A DNA stretch of 63,741 bases, filler included, from Octopus bimaculoides (GCF_001194135.2; 4 parts of 4 records of this genome joined end to end with filler, not necessarily neighbours in it), one strand, 5' to 3'. Positions 36,158-49,119 are shown, counted from the first letter of the whole stretch. Notes: a model not told the origin generated them from the letters alone. A program made the numbers and translations.

Positions 36158-36889
36158 GTTAGTTGAATATGTGTTAATATGAAAGATTAAAAAGGGAGAT
36201 TATCAGTCTCTTTTTGAAAAGTGAAGCAGTGAATTCCCTAAGGGTATACAGTGAATTTTACTGATACGTAGAATATATGCTGAATTGCGATTCTTTTCCT
36301 TGTTACTCAAGAAATAGGACTGTGTGTAGTGAAGGAATGACATTATCATGGAAATGAAAATCCTTTCGTTTATGAATATGCGGGTGCGTATGTGTGTGTA
36401 TAAGAATATGCTATATATATTCATATGTATATATTATGTATATGCATATTCATATATGTGTGTGTGTGGTGTGTGTATACATATGCGTTTATGGGTACAG
36501 GACGTCACCAACAGTAAACAACATGAAATACGAAAACAAATGAGTTCAATACGCAAACAACGAGAGAAACAAATGGAAAACAGAACAAGGAACATAAAGA
36601 ACGACCCTTCTTCATTTGTCGGCTGTCTATCTACTCCTCATTTCGAGCAGTGAGTTTTCGAAGGCAGTTGCTCCCATAAGTGCTAAAGTAAAATTTGGGA
36701 TTTATGGAGGGTAAAAGTTGGGAACAAAAACAGGACAGTAGAGAAACCTAACGAAAACAAACATGAAGGGTCATTAGACCAGAACGAGAGTAAAATAACA
36801 AACGCTGGAGAAATATTTTCTTTGACAAGAGAAAAGTTAGACGAGACAGATAGGACAGGATAAATAGGGGGGAAAGAAATAGAGAGAGA

Positions 36890-36938
<49 letters not shown>

Positions 36939-37999
36939 NNNNNNNNNNNNNNNNNNNNNNNNNNNNNNNNNNNNNNNNNNNNNNNNNNNNNNNNNNNNNN
37001 NNNNNNNNNNNNNNNNNNNNNNNNNNNNNNNNNNNNNNNNNNNNNNNNNNNNNNNNNNNNNNNNNNNNNNNNNNNNNNNNNNNNNNNNNNNNNNNATATA
37101 TATATATATAAAGCAGTTGTATACTGTCAACTTAATGTGACAGTCCCAATAAAGGAATCATACTGCTGCTATTTAGCCCTAGGAAGCTGGACCGCTTCTT
37201 GTCGGCCTTGACACATTTCCTGTGTTCTTATATTTGCAAGGGGGTGACAAGCACCCCCACCCAGCCTAGTCTGCATTCAGGAACATGTTTCTGAGTCATT
37301 GCTCGTCATCAGCATGAAGTAGCAAAACCAGCTGGCTGAATATGTCTGTCAACCTCTCGCAAATATATATATTTCTAGTGAAAAACACATCCACTGATTA
37401 CAAAAATTAGAAATGAAGCTGAAGACACCCGCCTAAGGTGTCACGTTGAGGTACTGAACCCGAAACTATGTGTTTGGGAAGCCAACTTTTTACCAAGCTG
37501 CTACGCATCCGCATGTGTATACGCTTGCCTCTGTGTGTGTGCGCGTTTGTGTGTCACTTTTATTAATAACATTTCGGTTATAGATTACTCTTAGATAATA
37601 ACCAGTGAAATATTTCGTTTTCTCTCTTTCTCTTTCTCTCTCTAATTCCCTCTTCGACACACCCACCCACCCTCTCTCTCTCCCTCTCTCTCTCTCCCTC
37701 TCTCTCTCTCCCTCNNNNNNNNNNNNNNNNNNNNNNNNNNNNNNNNNNNNNNNNNNNNTTAATTAATTAANNNNNNNNNNNNNNNNNNNNNNNNNNNNNN
37801 NNNNNNNNNNNNNNATATATATTTATATATATATAATATATTATATGCTTCTTACAGCATCAAAAGTTTTTAATAAAGGTGCCTCGGTCACAATTAGTGA
37901 TAATAAATTCTTTCCTTTATGTGTGTGTGGGTGTGTGTGTGTGTGATGAATTCTCTCGTGAAGAACAAATAACGGTTCAATAAAATGAAGCAGTAGTCA

Positions 38000-38415
38000 T
38001 TTTTCTATGGACACGAATGTGTCTCTTGAAGCCTGTTGGTGCCTTGCAAACCTTTTGGCAAATGGAACGAGTTGAGGACTGAGTTTGCTTGAGTGCTTGT
38101 GGATTATTTACTACGTGTTTTCTTGAGTGGTCGGCAAGGCTTGCTTTGCTTCATATCACAAAACCACACTGACAGGTAAAGGTTCCCATTTAGAGGAGCA
38201 GCATTTTGCCAGCATGCCTTTATGCTTGCACAAAGTCGGACCTTATAATGGAGTCGACTTGGTCCAAATCTTTGACCTGAGGAGAAGCAGGACCAATGCC
38301 AGGTCCTGCATTCTGATGTTTTGTTTTCCCAGGAAGAAAAAGGAATGCTGCATCTCTTCAGATTGTCTTCTAGTGTTAGGAATTAGCCAAAGAGAAGTTG
38401 CTTCCAAATTCTGAT
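38000..38415 (-). mobile_element. RTE-clade LINE C-terminus with two C2H2-like fingers, decayed
   Basis: LKRCSIPFSSWENKTSECRTW, then CQCGFVI*SKASLADHSRKH and SICQKVCKAPTGFKRHIRVH. Confidence 0.8.
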
Positions 38416-38444
38416 ATATATATATATATATATATATATCGTCA

Positions 38445-38696
38445 TCGTCGTCGTTTAACGTCCGCTTTACATGCTAGCATGGGTTGGACGATTTGACTGA
38501 GGACTGGTGAAACCAGATGGCTACACCAGGCTCCAATCTGATTTGGCAGAGTTTCTACAGCTGGATGCCCTTCCTAACGCCAACCACTCAGAGAGTGTAG
38601 TGGGTGCTTTTACGTGTCACCCGCACGAAGGCCAGTCAGGCGGTACTGGCAACGGCCACGCTCATCTCGCTCGAGAAACCTCATGTGTCACCCGCA
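38445..38696 (-). mobile_element. Young retroposon 3' end with (GAT/GAC)n tail
   Basis: Near-identical to 8150-8325 and runs into a gap. Internal direct repeat GTGTCACCCGCAC. Confidence 0.8.
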
Positions 38697-39083
38697 CNNN
38701 NNNNNNNNNNNNNNNNNNNNNNNNNNNNNNNNNNNNNNNNNNNNNNNNNNNNNNNNNNNNNNNNNNNNNNNNNNNNNNNNNNNNNNNNNNNNNNNNNNNN
38801 NNNNNNNNNNNNNNNNNNNNNNNNNNNNNNNNNNNNNNNNNNNNNNNNNNNNNNNNNNNNNNNNNNNNNNNNNNNNNNNNNNNNNNNNNNNNNNNNNNNN
38901 NNNNNNNNNNNNNNNNNNNNNNNNNNNNNNNNNNNNNNNNNNNNNNNNNNNNNNNNNNNNNNNNNNNNNNNNNNNNCAGAAAAACTGTTACTCAGAGTTT
39001 CACGTAACCGTTTTTGCTGCTTTCTAATAAAGCATATTACTCCCCCCCCCTCATTGGGGTACCACCCTAGAGAATATTTAGTA

Positions 39084-40153
39084 TTGGGTCATCCCATAAA
39101 TGTGGTTTCTTTTATACTTCTTTCATTTTTCAAAATTAAGATGAAGTTCTTTTTTAATCTAAAATATACTCTCCTTCATTTTCTACAATGCTCTTCCATC
39201 TCTCTGGTAGACTTGCAAGGTCTCTCTTCCAAAATTCACTTCTCCATGATGAAAAATACTCCTCCAGTACTGTTCTGACCTCGTCTACAGAATTCATATT
39301 TTTTCCATCCAAATGATTATGAAGACTACAGAATAAATGATAATCAGATGGGGCAATGTCCAACAAATATGGTGGGTGTGGGGCACCATTTCCCATTCAA
39401 ACTGCTTCAGCCTTTGGAATGTCATCCTTGCTGTATGTGGCCAAGCATTATCCTGATGGAAGAACACCTTTCGTCTTGAAACCAAAGATGGTCATTTTCC
39501 AATGGCACACAAGTGTCACTGAATGGTTGAATGACCAAATCCAAGATTCTGTGCTAGTTCTTCAACAGTCACGATGGGATTTTGTTTGACCAGGGTTTGC
39601 AGGGCGTCCTCATCGAGCTCTATGGATCTTCCAGGTTGAGGCTCGTTTTCTTGTCTCTCGTTTCCGGCTCAGAATTTCTGGAACCACTGTTGACACTGGC
39701 TTACACTTATTGTCCTATCCCCATATCTTGCATTAATATTTGTCACACTTTCTGTTGTGTTGTTGCCTTAATTGAACTCACAAAGTAAAATATGCTGAAT
39801 ATACTCCTTTGTCACTTCCATTATAGCTTTGAAAAAATAACTGTTAAAATCGAACTGCACTCTTCAAAACTTGCACTAAGAATAAATAAAATTACTGCCT
39901 TCTTTTATGGCAAGTTGATGCAGGTAGTTTTNNNNNNNNNNNNNNNNNNNNNNNNNNNNNNNNNNNNNNNNNNNNNNNNNNNNNNNNNNNNNNNNNNNNN
40001 NNNNNNNNNNNNNNNNNNNNNNNNNNNNNNNNNNNNNNNNNNNNNNNNNNNNNNNNNNNNNNNNNNNNNNNNNNNNNNNNNNNNNNNNNNNNNNNNNNNN
40101 NCGCGTTTCGTTCATGCAATTGAAAAACCCGCATTATTTATGGGATGTCCCAA
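39084..40153 (-). mobile_element. Mariner (DD34D) transposon, internally deleted, both TIRs present
   Basis: TA-flanked TIRs TTGGG(T/A)CATCCCATAAAT. ATG at 39821 gives MEVTKEYIQHILLCEFN...WFQKF. C-terminal HQDNAWPH...PPYLLDIAPSDYHLF (34 aa D-to-D spacing)...GEYILD*. Stops and frameshifts present. Confidence 0.95.
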
Positions 40154-40365
40154 TAGAATTTTTTTTAAGCCTGGTACTTATTCTATCGATCTCGTTTGCC
40201 GATTTCGAAGATGAACCATGTGGCACAGAAACAGGTAGGGAAAAATCTATCATTCGATGATGGAGGTAAAGAATATGTACATCAACCATTTTCGGCGTAA
40301 CAAAAACCCTAGCTTTAATCCTAAACACCAGGTAACAACAAAAAAAAATCTAGAAGCTACTATGT

Positions 40366-40526
40366 CGGTCATTAGCAAACTGCGGCCCGCGGGACTTCCT
40401 GAATACCACACCTAAATTTCACGAGGAAAAACAAGTCATTGAAATTACCTTAAAACTCTTTTTCTGCTAGTGCGGCCCGCCTATGTCTCATGCGGCTCGC
40501 TTCTCGAAAACGGTTGCCCATGCCTG
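40366..40526. mobile_element. hAT-like MITE
   Basis: GCAAACTGCGGCCCGCGG near the left end and GCGGCCCGC...GGTTGCCCATGCCTG at the right end. Confidence 0.6.
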
Positions 40527-41639
40527 TACTACACAGTCGAGTGACAAGCTAGAAATAACAGCCAAATCTCCGTCAACTTGCACACTACCGTTTTAACAAA
40601 GGATGTATCGAACAGTATCGTCCTGAACGCTGTTTGCCTATGAAAATAACAGCAATGACAAGGCCAGATTGTCTTTGATATCACCAAATCCTATATATTT
40701 AGGCTGGTTTGGTTGACCTAGGGCTAAACAACTGCAATCAATAATGGAGGTAATTTTAAAAACCATTTTCTATAGAAACGATATAAATGTGTTTCTATTG
40801 TATTTAATAATAGTTTTGAAACAAACACAAATCCGCGGGAGTATTTAATACAATTAAGGAAGAGAACAGGCTTACCAGTATCCAAAAATAATTCCGGGTT
40901 TAGAATTTAATGTTGACACGTGAAGAAGACGAAGTCTGCGATTAATGAAATTTAAACAGCGAGTCCTGCCGAGTATTATTTGACTGCTGACCTGGAGACC
41001 ACTAATGACTGCGGGTCTTCAGCAGAATCATTTTATCGAAAGAAGAAATAAATTTAAACCGGAGTTTATTGCTTTTGTTGTGCTTTCTTTTATTTTTTTA
41101 AATTTTTCTTTATTTAACTGCGTTATCAATAAAATTATAAAATTATAACTGCAATGTGTTATTAATAAAATTATTTATAATACATTAAGAATTTTTTTTT
41201 TTCAGTTAAATAGCGAGCTTTCGATTTAACACATAAAATTAGTCCAGCTTTACCGCCAAAAGTCCACCCATAATTTATCCTTGGATGTTTTTACTGTCTC
41301 TGCTGCAAATATTCGTATCTCAGTGTAAAAACGGAAGACTTGTTTCAAGCCAACCTTCGTAATCCTTCATTGCCTGAACAGCATCTTGAACACCTTAATG
41401 AAAAACTAGGGTCTTCTCCAGACACCTGATGTCACACAGAGCCGCTTTCGTCTATAACAAGGGTTTTCAACAATCTTTTATCTATGGACCTTTTGATTTG
41501 TATTTTATTCTGGTAGACCCCATAGACATTCGATGTTTAAAAACTGGTTTTATAGAAACTTCTTTCAAAATTCCTATTTGTTTTTCACCCTTTAACTTCT
41601 GTAGGTTAAACTATGTAAAATGTTAGAGAAAGAAACCTA

Positions 41640-41770
41640 GCTGTTTCTTGCAATACATACATCTATAACAAAACTTTTTCAAGGGCCCTTAAAATACTAT
41701 TGTTGATCCCCAATTTACTATTTTGTTGCGCGGATCCCCAAAAATCTTGACCCCGGTTGAGAATCACTGT
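41640..41770. mobile_element. hAT/Charlie-like element end
   Basis: Terminates in GGTTGAGAATCACTG, the reverse complement of a CAGTGATTCTCAACC-type TIR. Confidence 0.5.
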
Positions 41771-42525
41771 ACAATGGAAGAAGAAATTGCCAAATAAATC
41801 AGATTCCCCGCCGTTTCGAAGACCTCAGTTTGTTTAGAGAGGTCTCTGAATTTGTATGTAAGAATAACTGCATATTTGTTTCTGATCCCATCATCAGCCA
41901 GGGCTTCCCACTTTATCCTGTAAGAGACACTGAACTTTCCAGTTCTGTGAGTTCTNNNNNNNNNNNNNNNNNNNNNNNNNNNNNNNNNNNNNNNNNNNNN
42001 NNNNNNNNNNNNNNNNNNNNNNNNNNNNNNNNNNNNNNNNNNNNNNNNNNNNNNNNNNNNNNNNNNNNNNNNNNNNNNNNNNNNNNNNNNNNNNNNNNNN
42101 NNNNNNNNNNNNNNNNNNNNNNNNNNNNNNNNNNNNNNNNNNNNNNNNNNNNNNNNNNNNNNNNNNNNNNNNNNNNNNNNNNNNNNNNNNNNNNNNNNNN
42201 NNNNNNNNNNNNNNNNNNNNNNNNNNNNNNNNNNNNNNNNNNNNNNNNNNNNNNNNNNNNNNNNNNNNNNNNNNNNNNNNNNNNNNNNNNNNNNNNNNNN
42301 NNNNNNNNNNNNNNNNNNNNNNNNNNNNNNNNNNNNNNNNNNNNNNNNNNNNNNNNNNNNNNNNNNNNNNNNNNNNNNNNNAACGCAGCGACTTCAGCAT
42401 TTGATACTCAAAAGAGGTTGGTAAAAAAAAATAGTCAAGCTTCCTGTCTTCAATTTGTTTTTTGTGCTTATCCTAACCTGTGGTCATGAAGCGTTTAGCA
42501 TTCAGATTTCTTTGTCAAATATATT

Positions 42526-42724
42526 CTTTTCTATGCTAGGCACAAGGCCTGAAATTTTTGGGGAGGGAGCCAGTTGATTAGATAGACCCCAGTACGCAAC
42601 TGGTACTTAATTTATCGACCCCGAAAGGATAAAGGCAAAGTCGATCTCGGCGGAATTTGAACTCAGGTTGAAATACTGCTAAGCATTTCGCACGGCGTGC
42701 TAACCTTTCTGCCAGCTCGACGTC
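42526..42724 (-). mobile_element. SINE family B, full length, with 18-bp TSD, inside a piggyBac-like MITE
   Basis: TTCTTTGTCAAATATATT duplicated at 42508-42525 and 42725-42742. The host resumes on both sides, matching 3662-3880. Confidence 0.9.
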
Positions 42725-42939
42725 TTCTTTGTCAAATATATTGCTTATATACTACGCATTATCTTGTGGTTTCAAAATTTCTATTGGTTTGTTTGTATAT
42801 TTTTAGAATGACATTGTATGGTAGGTTGGATCTGGTCAGATTTAACATAAAACAGGTAGAATTTTTCGGCCACATATGGCCGGATTAAACGCTGAAGAGT
42901 TAGTGTTGGATACTGACCGAAAGATCGTAAATACAAGCG

Positions 42940-43070
42940 GTCAAGTTGGGATTACTCTGAAGGATCTCTAGAGTAACGTTTTACTCGAAGAGATAGATGA
43001 GCAAGTTTCTCCAGTTTGAGCCGCTATTTCTATGCATCGAAAGATCAGTTGCAACTGGTGTCGCTAACAA
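42940..43070 (+). mobile_element. Short RTE-like LINE fragment
   Basis: GITLKD and, after a frameshift, EPLFLCIERS; resembles GVSLRDR...EPLLLRIERSQLRW. Confidence 0.4.
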
Positions 43071-43898
43071 TTCTCATTCAATTTCCTAGACAGCGAGGCG
43101 CCACCAACACCAGGTCTAGTCACGCGGTCCTAGAAATACAGATCTATCGTTATTGTTCATTCTATTTGCACTACAACTAGTTATGAAATATTCGTGACAA
43201 TAAACAGGCTAACACTCACGGCATACCTATTACAAGTGTGTTCCATCCATGGACTTTGTTTCCTCATAACTTCCAGAAAAATGGCCATTTTTAAACGAAA
43301 TTTTCTGCCAATACATTTCTGATGGCGTAGATTATGATTATCTCAGATTTCAATTTTAAAAAATTTGTTTTTTTAATTGGTGAGCGAACAGACATACTGA
43401 CACACAACAATTACTTTTCAAAATTTCAATTTTCATTTTGTCTGGCACGTAAAAAAAAANNNNNNNNNNNNNNNNNNNNNNNNNNNNNNNNNNNNNNNNN
43501 NNNNNNNNNNNNNNNNNNNNNNNNNNNNNNNNNNNNNNNNNNNNNNNNNNNNNNNNNNNNNNNNNNNNNNNNNNNNNNNNNNNNNNNNNNNNNNNNNNNN
43601 NNNNNNNNNNNNNNNNNNNNNNNNNNNNNNNNNNNNNNNNNNNNNNNNNNNNNNNNNNNNNNNNNNNNNNNNNNNNNNNNNNNNNNNNNNNNNNNNNNNN
43701 NNNNNNNNNNNNNNNNNNNNNNNNNNNNNNNNNNNNNNNNNNNNNNNNNNNNNNNNNNNNNNNNNNNNNNNNNNNNNNNNNNNNNNNNNNNNNNNNNNNN
43801 NNNNNNNNNNNNNNNNNNNNNNNNNNNNNNNNNNNNNNNNNNNNNNNNNNNNNNNNNNNNNNNNNNNNNNNNNNNNNNNNNNNNNNNNNNNNNNNNNN

Positions 43899-43936
<38 letters not shown>

Positions 43937-44816
43937 TATCTTAGATAGGTTTCGGCTAGTATAGGCCCAGGCCATGTCGAATTTAATAGCACCACCTGTA
44001 TGTGAGTATTTGTGTGCGCCCACCTCTCTTTTTTTGTTTTGTTTTTTTACATTAACTTCTAATATAATAGTAATTTTCACCATCTGAAATGTATTTGTAG
44101 AAATTTTCATTTAAAAATATACTTTTTTCTTAAAGTTATGAGGAAACAAACTCGGTTGGGGTGCGATTGCTATCTGTTTCGCATTTTAACAACAGGATTT
44201 AAGGGGAATAACTCGGCCTTTCTTATTGACAGTTTTGTTGGGGTTTTTTTTGTTGTTGTTTATAACGAACTAATTATTTTATTACGTACATAACAAGCAT
44301 GTACATGGTACATATATTATATAAAATCACATTAAAATACAAATCCTAAACCGAAAAAGAAAAAAGGTAAGCATGGGCAAAGAAAGAAAGAGAAAGAAGA
44401 AAAACGGGGAAAAGAGGAAGAAAGAAACAAAATACATCAAGTCAACACCAATTGGCTGCACCCCACAAGGTTAGTTTAGTAGTTTAGTCGGGGATTAAAC
44501 TATTCGACCCCGAAAAGATGAAAGGTAGAGTCGACGCCAGTGATATTTGGATTCAGAACGTTAAGAGGCGGGGAAAATGCGGTGCATTTTGGTTATCTCA
44601 CCCCCATTAAAATATTGAGTTATCTCACCGCGTTTTATGAGAAATATCGGTACTTTTGGTTGTTTCCCTCAACTAAAAAAAATTGTTTAACCCTTAATAA
44701 AACAACTAGAAAAAAGTGAAACGATGAAACCTCGTTTTGTATCTATCTGATAATATTTTTTATGACAAATCATACAAAATTGAAAAGATTAATACACATG
44801 AAAACTGAAAAAAAAA

Positions 44817-45656
44817 ATTACTGCAGAGTTTAATGACCACCCCCGAGAACCCAGTTTCCACAAAAACTGTTTGCCGGGAGCTGCACAAAGCCGGATTTCA
44901 CGAGAGGGCTGCAATCAGAAAGCCACTAGCTTCAAAAACAAATGTTGCAAAGTGTTTAGAATGGAGTAAAAATCTACTGAATTGGTCCCTAGAGCAGTGG
45001 AAGAATGTTATTTTCTCGGACGAGTCATCCTTTACTTTATTTCCGACCACTTCCTGAGTATACGTGTGGCGACAGCCAAAAGAAGCATTTGACCCAGACT
45101 GACTTCTTCTAACTGTTAAACATGGAGGAGGATCTGTGATGATCTTGGGAGGAGGGGCTATATCTTGGAAATCCGCCGGCCCAATGGGTCCCCTTCGTGG
45201 CAGAATTAATAGTCAAGACTATTTAAGCATTTTATCTGATCAAATTCATCCTATCGTTGCAGAACTGTTTCCGGAGGGAAACGCAATCTTTCAAGATGAT
45301 AATGCACCAATTCACACAGCTAAAGTTGTTACTGAATGGCACGAGAAACATTCTAGAAACGTTGAACATTTTATCTGACCTCCACAGTCCCCAGATCTCA
45401 ATATTATTGAACATTTATGGTGCATTTTAGAAAAACAAGTAAGGAGTCGATATCCTCCATCATCATCACTACAAGAACTGGAGACTGTTTTAGCTGAAGA
45501 ATGGACAAAATATTCCTTTAGAAACAATTCAAACTTTGTACGAGTCCATACCTCGTAGAATTCAAGCTGTAATTACTGCCAAAGGCGGTCCTACCCCATG
45601 TTAAAATTAATTTGTTTGAAATTTTAAGGTGTTTCCATTATTTTGTCCAACCCCTG
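44817..45656 (+). mobile_element. Tc1-like transposon (DD36E), 5'-truncated pseudogene with 3' TIR
   Basis: RKPL...WKNVIFSDES...KHGGGSVMI...FQDDNAPIH...SPDLNIIEHLW...GGPTP. 3' TIR CCATTATTTTGTCCAACCCCTG followed by TA (45657-45658). In-frame stops and a frameshift. Confidence 0.95.
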
Positions 45657-46122
45657 TACGTTAATATTTACAGAATGCAATTTTAAACTAATATTGGTTG
45701 CATAACAAATAACGAATTAATAAATATATAATCACCAGCATATATACAGTTTGGGGACATTTTATAAGGTGACTAGGAATTTTTAAAGAAACAAAAAAAA
45801 ATCGTTTTGCAGACTTGTTTTAATGTTTTCGCCAAAAAGAAAAGAAAAACATTCTATTTTGCATTGAAGTTAACCAACAATTATCTCCCTTACATCGAGG
45901 CGAAACAAGGGAGATAAACCAGACAATAGAAACAACTTTTCTAATTGTGTGTGTGTTTGTGCGTGCGTAAGTTATTTTTCTCAGTTTTTGGGACTGTAAC
46001 CATGCTAAAAGTCTGGTACTTATTCCATCCGTCACTTTTTGCCGAAGCCTTAAGTTACAAGGACATAAGCAAACCAACACCGTTGGTCAGGTGGTGGTGG
46101 TGGAGATCAAACACTAACACAA

Positions 46123-46158
<36 letters not shown>

Positions 46159-46261
46159 GAGTGGCTGTGTGGTAAGTAGCTTGCTTACCAGCGACATCGT
46201 TCTCTGTTCAGTCCCACTGCGTGGCACTTTGGTCAAGTGTCTCCTACTATAGCCATATGGA

Positions 46262-46660
46262 ATAAGAGTAATTCTGGGTATGAAAACATCCTCTTCTTTT
46301 CCACATCCAGAGAGAATGGTGGGCTCAATAACATATCGCATCATCTTCTTTAACAGCAGGCATGTCCCATTGCAGAGTGTTGGTGGATCCGAATTCCTCA
46401 GTAACATTACTGGAGTTCTCACTTTAAGTTCCAAACCATGGGACGGTAGTGCTGGAGGTTCGGATGAATTGAGAAATTCTGTAGGATAATTTAACTCCTA
46501 TTCTGGATCTTGGATTGTATCGACTAACTTATAGATGTGAGGACTTCCAGGAAAGCAATTTTACTTACGGTGCTGTTTTTTGGAACCAGTATTGCTCTTT
46601 TACACAGCCAATTGAGATTGGGATGATTTTTCGACCAACGGAGGATCTCCTCTTTGGAGA
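46262..46660 (-). mobile_element. Helitron PIF1-like helicase fragment
   Basis: NWLCKRAILVPKNSTVSKI / YPTEFLNSSEPPALPSHGLELKVRTPVMLLRNSDPPTLCNGT...VFIPRITLIP. Confidence 0.92.
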
Positions 46661-47313
46661 TATTATTTCAAGAAATACGATGTAATAAAATGAGATGACA
46701 ATCGTACATTAATAATAAAATGACAATAAAAAAAGGTAAATAATATCAATATCTTAGCAAATTTTAGGAAATACATACAATGAACTGAGATGACACTANN
46801 NNNNNNNNNNNNNNNNNNNNNNNNNNNNNNNNNNNNNNNNNNNNNNNNNNNNNNNNNNNNNNNNNNNNNNNNNNNNNNNNNNNNNNNNNNNNNNNNNNNN
46901 NNNNNNNNNNNNNNNNNNNNNNNNNNNNNNNNNNNNNNNNNNNNNNNNNNNNNNNNNNNNNNNNNNNNNNNNNNNNNNNNNNNNNNNNNNNNNNNNNNNN
47001 NNNNNNNNNNNNNNNNNNNNNNNNNNNNNNNNNNNNNNNNNNNNNNNNNNNNNNNNNNNNNNNNNNNNNNNNNNNNNNNNNNNNNNNNNNNNNNNNNNNN
47101 NNNNNNNNNNNNNNNNNNNNNNNNNNNNNNNNNNNNNNNNNNNNNNNNNNNNNNNNNNNNNNNCAAAAGAGACCAATAGAATAAGTACTAGGCTTACAAA
47201 GAATAATTCCCGGGGTTGATTTGCTCGACTAAAGGCGGTGCTCCAGCATGGCCGCAGTCAAATGACTGAAACAAGTAAAAGAGTAATTAGTTGTCAATAA
47301 AAAAGTGTTAACT

Positions 47314-47658
47314 AACAAGACCACTCAGAGTGCACAAACCTCCACCAAGGCAACACCAACGTCTTCTCAATGATTAGCCAGAGATGATTTTTAAAATGAG
47401 AATATCTGAAATAAACTCGACTGCTCTCACAAATGAGAATACTAAAAATGAACCTAATCGCTCTCAAAAATTAAGTAAAAAACAGGAAAAATAATCCAGA
47501 ATCCTTGTCCTGTACCTGATCGATCCCGATGGTAGTCCTGGAATGTGAAGGTGGCTGTAGAAAATTTAGTAACACTAATAAATAGTTTATCCTTGTCTAT
47601 TACAAGCCAAAGTTAACAAATTCACCATTGAAAATAGTTTCAAAGGCGGAGGTAATAA
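47314..47658 (-). mobile_element. Helentron-type non-autonomous repeat (copy 3, both ends)
   Basis: Minus strand begins TTATTACCTCCGCC and ends GGTGGAGGTTTGTGCACTCTGAGTGGTCTTGTT, giving subterminal inverted CCTCCGCC/GG(C/T)GGAGG. Confidence 0.65.
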
Positions 47659-47930
47659 TAATAAGCTCTACTCAGGAATCTTTCAATGAATATCATGAGA
47701 CCTTTTGGTTTTCTCTTCTCTTAAATTCCAGCCTTTCTTTAGTAATCCTGTTGTTTTAGATTGATGTAAAGATGTATGTAAATATACTGTAGTGTTAATA
47801 TGTATGTATAATATATGATATATATATTATAAAAATATGTTAGCATTATTTAATTTCTGGATGGTTTTGCTGCTGTTTGTGTATGTAGTTTGATTTCTTT
47901 ATCCATCAGTTGCTACTAAGATAGAGATGT

Positions 47931-48240
47931 GAGTAAAATTAATAGTCAGAACTATTTAAGCATTTTATCTGATCAAATTCATCCTATGGTTGCGGAACTG
48001 TTTCTGGAGGGAAACGCAATCTTTCAGGATGATAATGCACCAATTCACAAAGCTAAAGTTGTTACTGAATGGCACGAGGAACATTGTAGTGAAATTGAAC
48101 ATCTTATCTGGCCACCACAATCCTCAGACCTCAATACCATTGAACATTTATGGTGCATTTTGGAAAAACAAGGAAGGAGTCGATATCCTCCACCATCATC
48201 ACTACAAGAACTGGAGACTGTTTGAACTGAAGAATGGCAA
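47931..48240 (+). mobile_element. Second internal fragment of the DD36E Tc1-like family
   Basis: INSQNYLSILSDQIHP...FQDDNAPIHKAK...WPPQSSDLNTIEHLW; closely similar to about 45200-45500. Confidence 0.95.
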
Positions 48241-49119
48241 AATCAACCTTGGCAGAATTTGAAGACAGAATGTAAAGACCCGGCGCGCTAACGTTTCTGC
48301 CAGCTCTCCGCCTTGCACAAATAAACATTGCAAAAAAACGCATTTGGCCAAATTTGGACATACGACAGTTTAGCATTATAGCAACGGTATGTGACAAGCT
48401 TCTTTCAGTTTCCTTCCCCCAGATCCACTCACAAGGCTTTGCTTGGCCTGTGGCCATAGTAGAAGCCACTTGCCCTAGTTGCCATGCAGTGGACTGAACT
48501 CGGGACCATGTAGTATAAATGTCTTGTGGTATTCATCACTGTTTCTTGTGTTCTAAGTTCAGTTCTACCCAAGTCAACTTTGTTATTCACCCTTCCAGGG
48601 TCCGTAAAATAAAGTACAGATCAAGAATACTGGAGACTGGCAGAATCCTTAGAGCATCGGAGGATGAAATACCTTGCTGACTTTGTTCTGGCTCTCAGCC
48701 TTCAGAGTTCAAATCTTGCTGTGGACCCTTCTTTTTCTCTTGCCAAGGGGCAATGGGTCAAGGGATAAAGGGGTCAAGGGTCAAGGGGCGAGGGAGCAGG
48801 GGGGGGGGGCAAGGCAACAAAACAAGAACAAGAACATTGGAGGCACCAACTCTACAAAATGCTCAACAACAACAACAACACTACACAGAACAACAACAAA
48901 TCCAAAATAGTTCAGTACATACAACAACAATAGGAACAACAACAGCGGTGCCGGTGCTTTTACAGTTACAGAGAACATAGCATATTGCCAATTCTGTTCC
49001 AGAAAGAACCAATTTTTAAAGACATTTTCCCTGACAGATGTGAAACACTTTCTGTTAACACAGCAGTCGATCACATGATCAGCCCAACAGGTCAGCTGAT
49101 GTATTTCTACAGAATGGTG

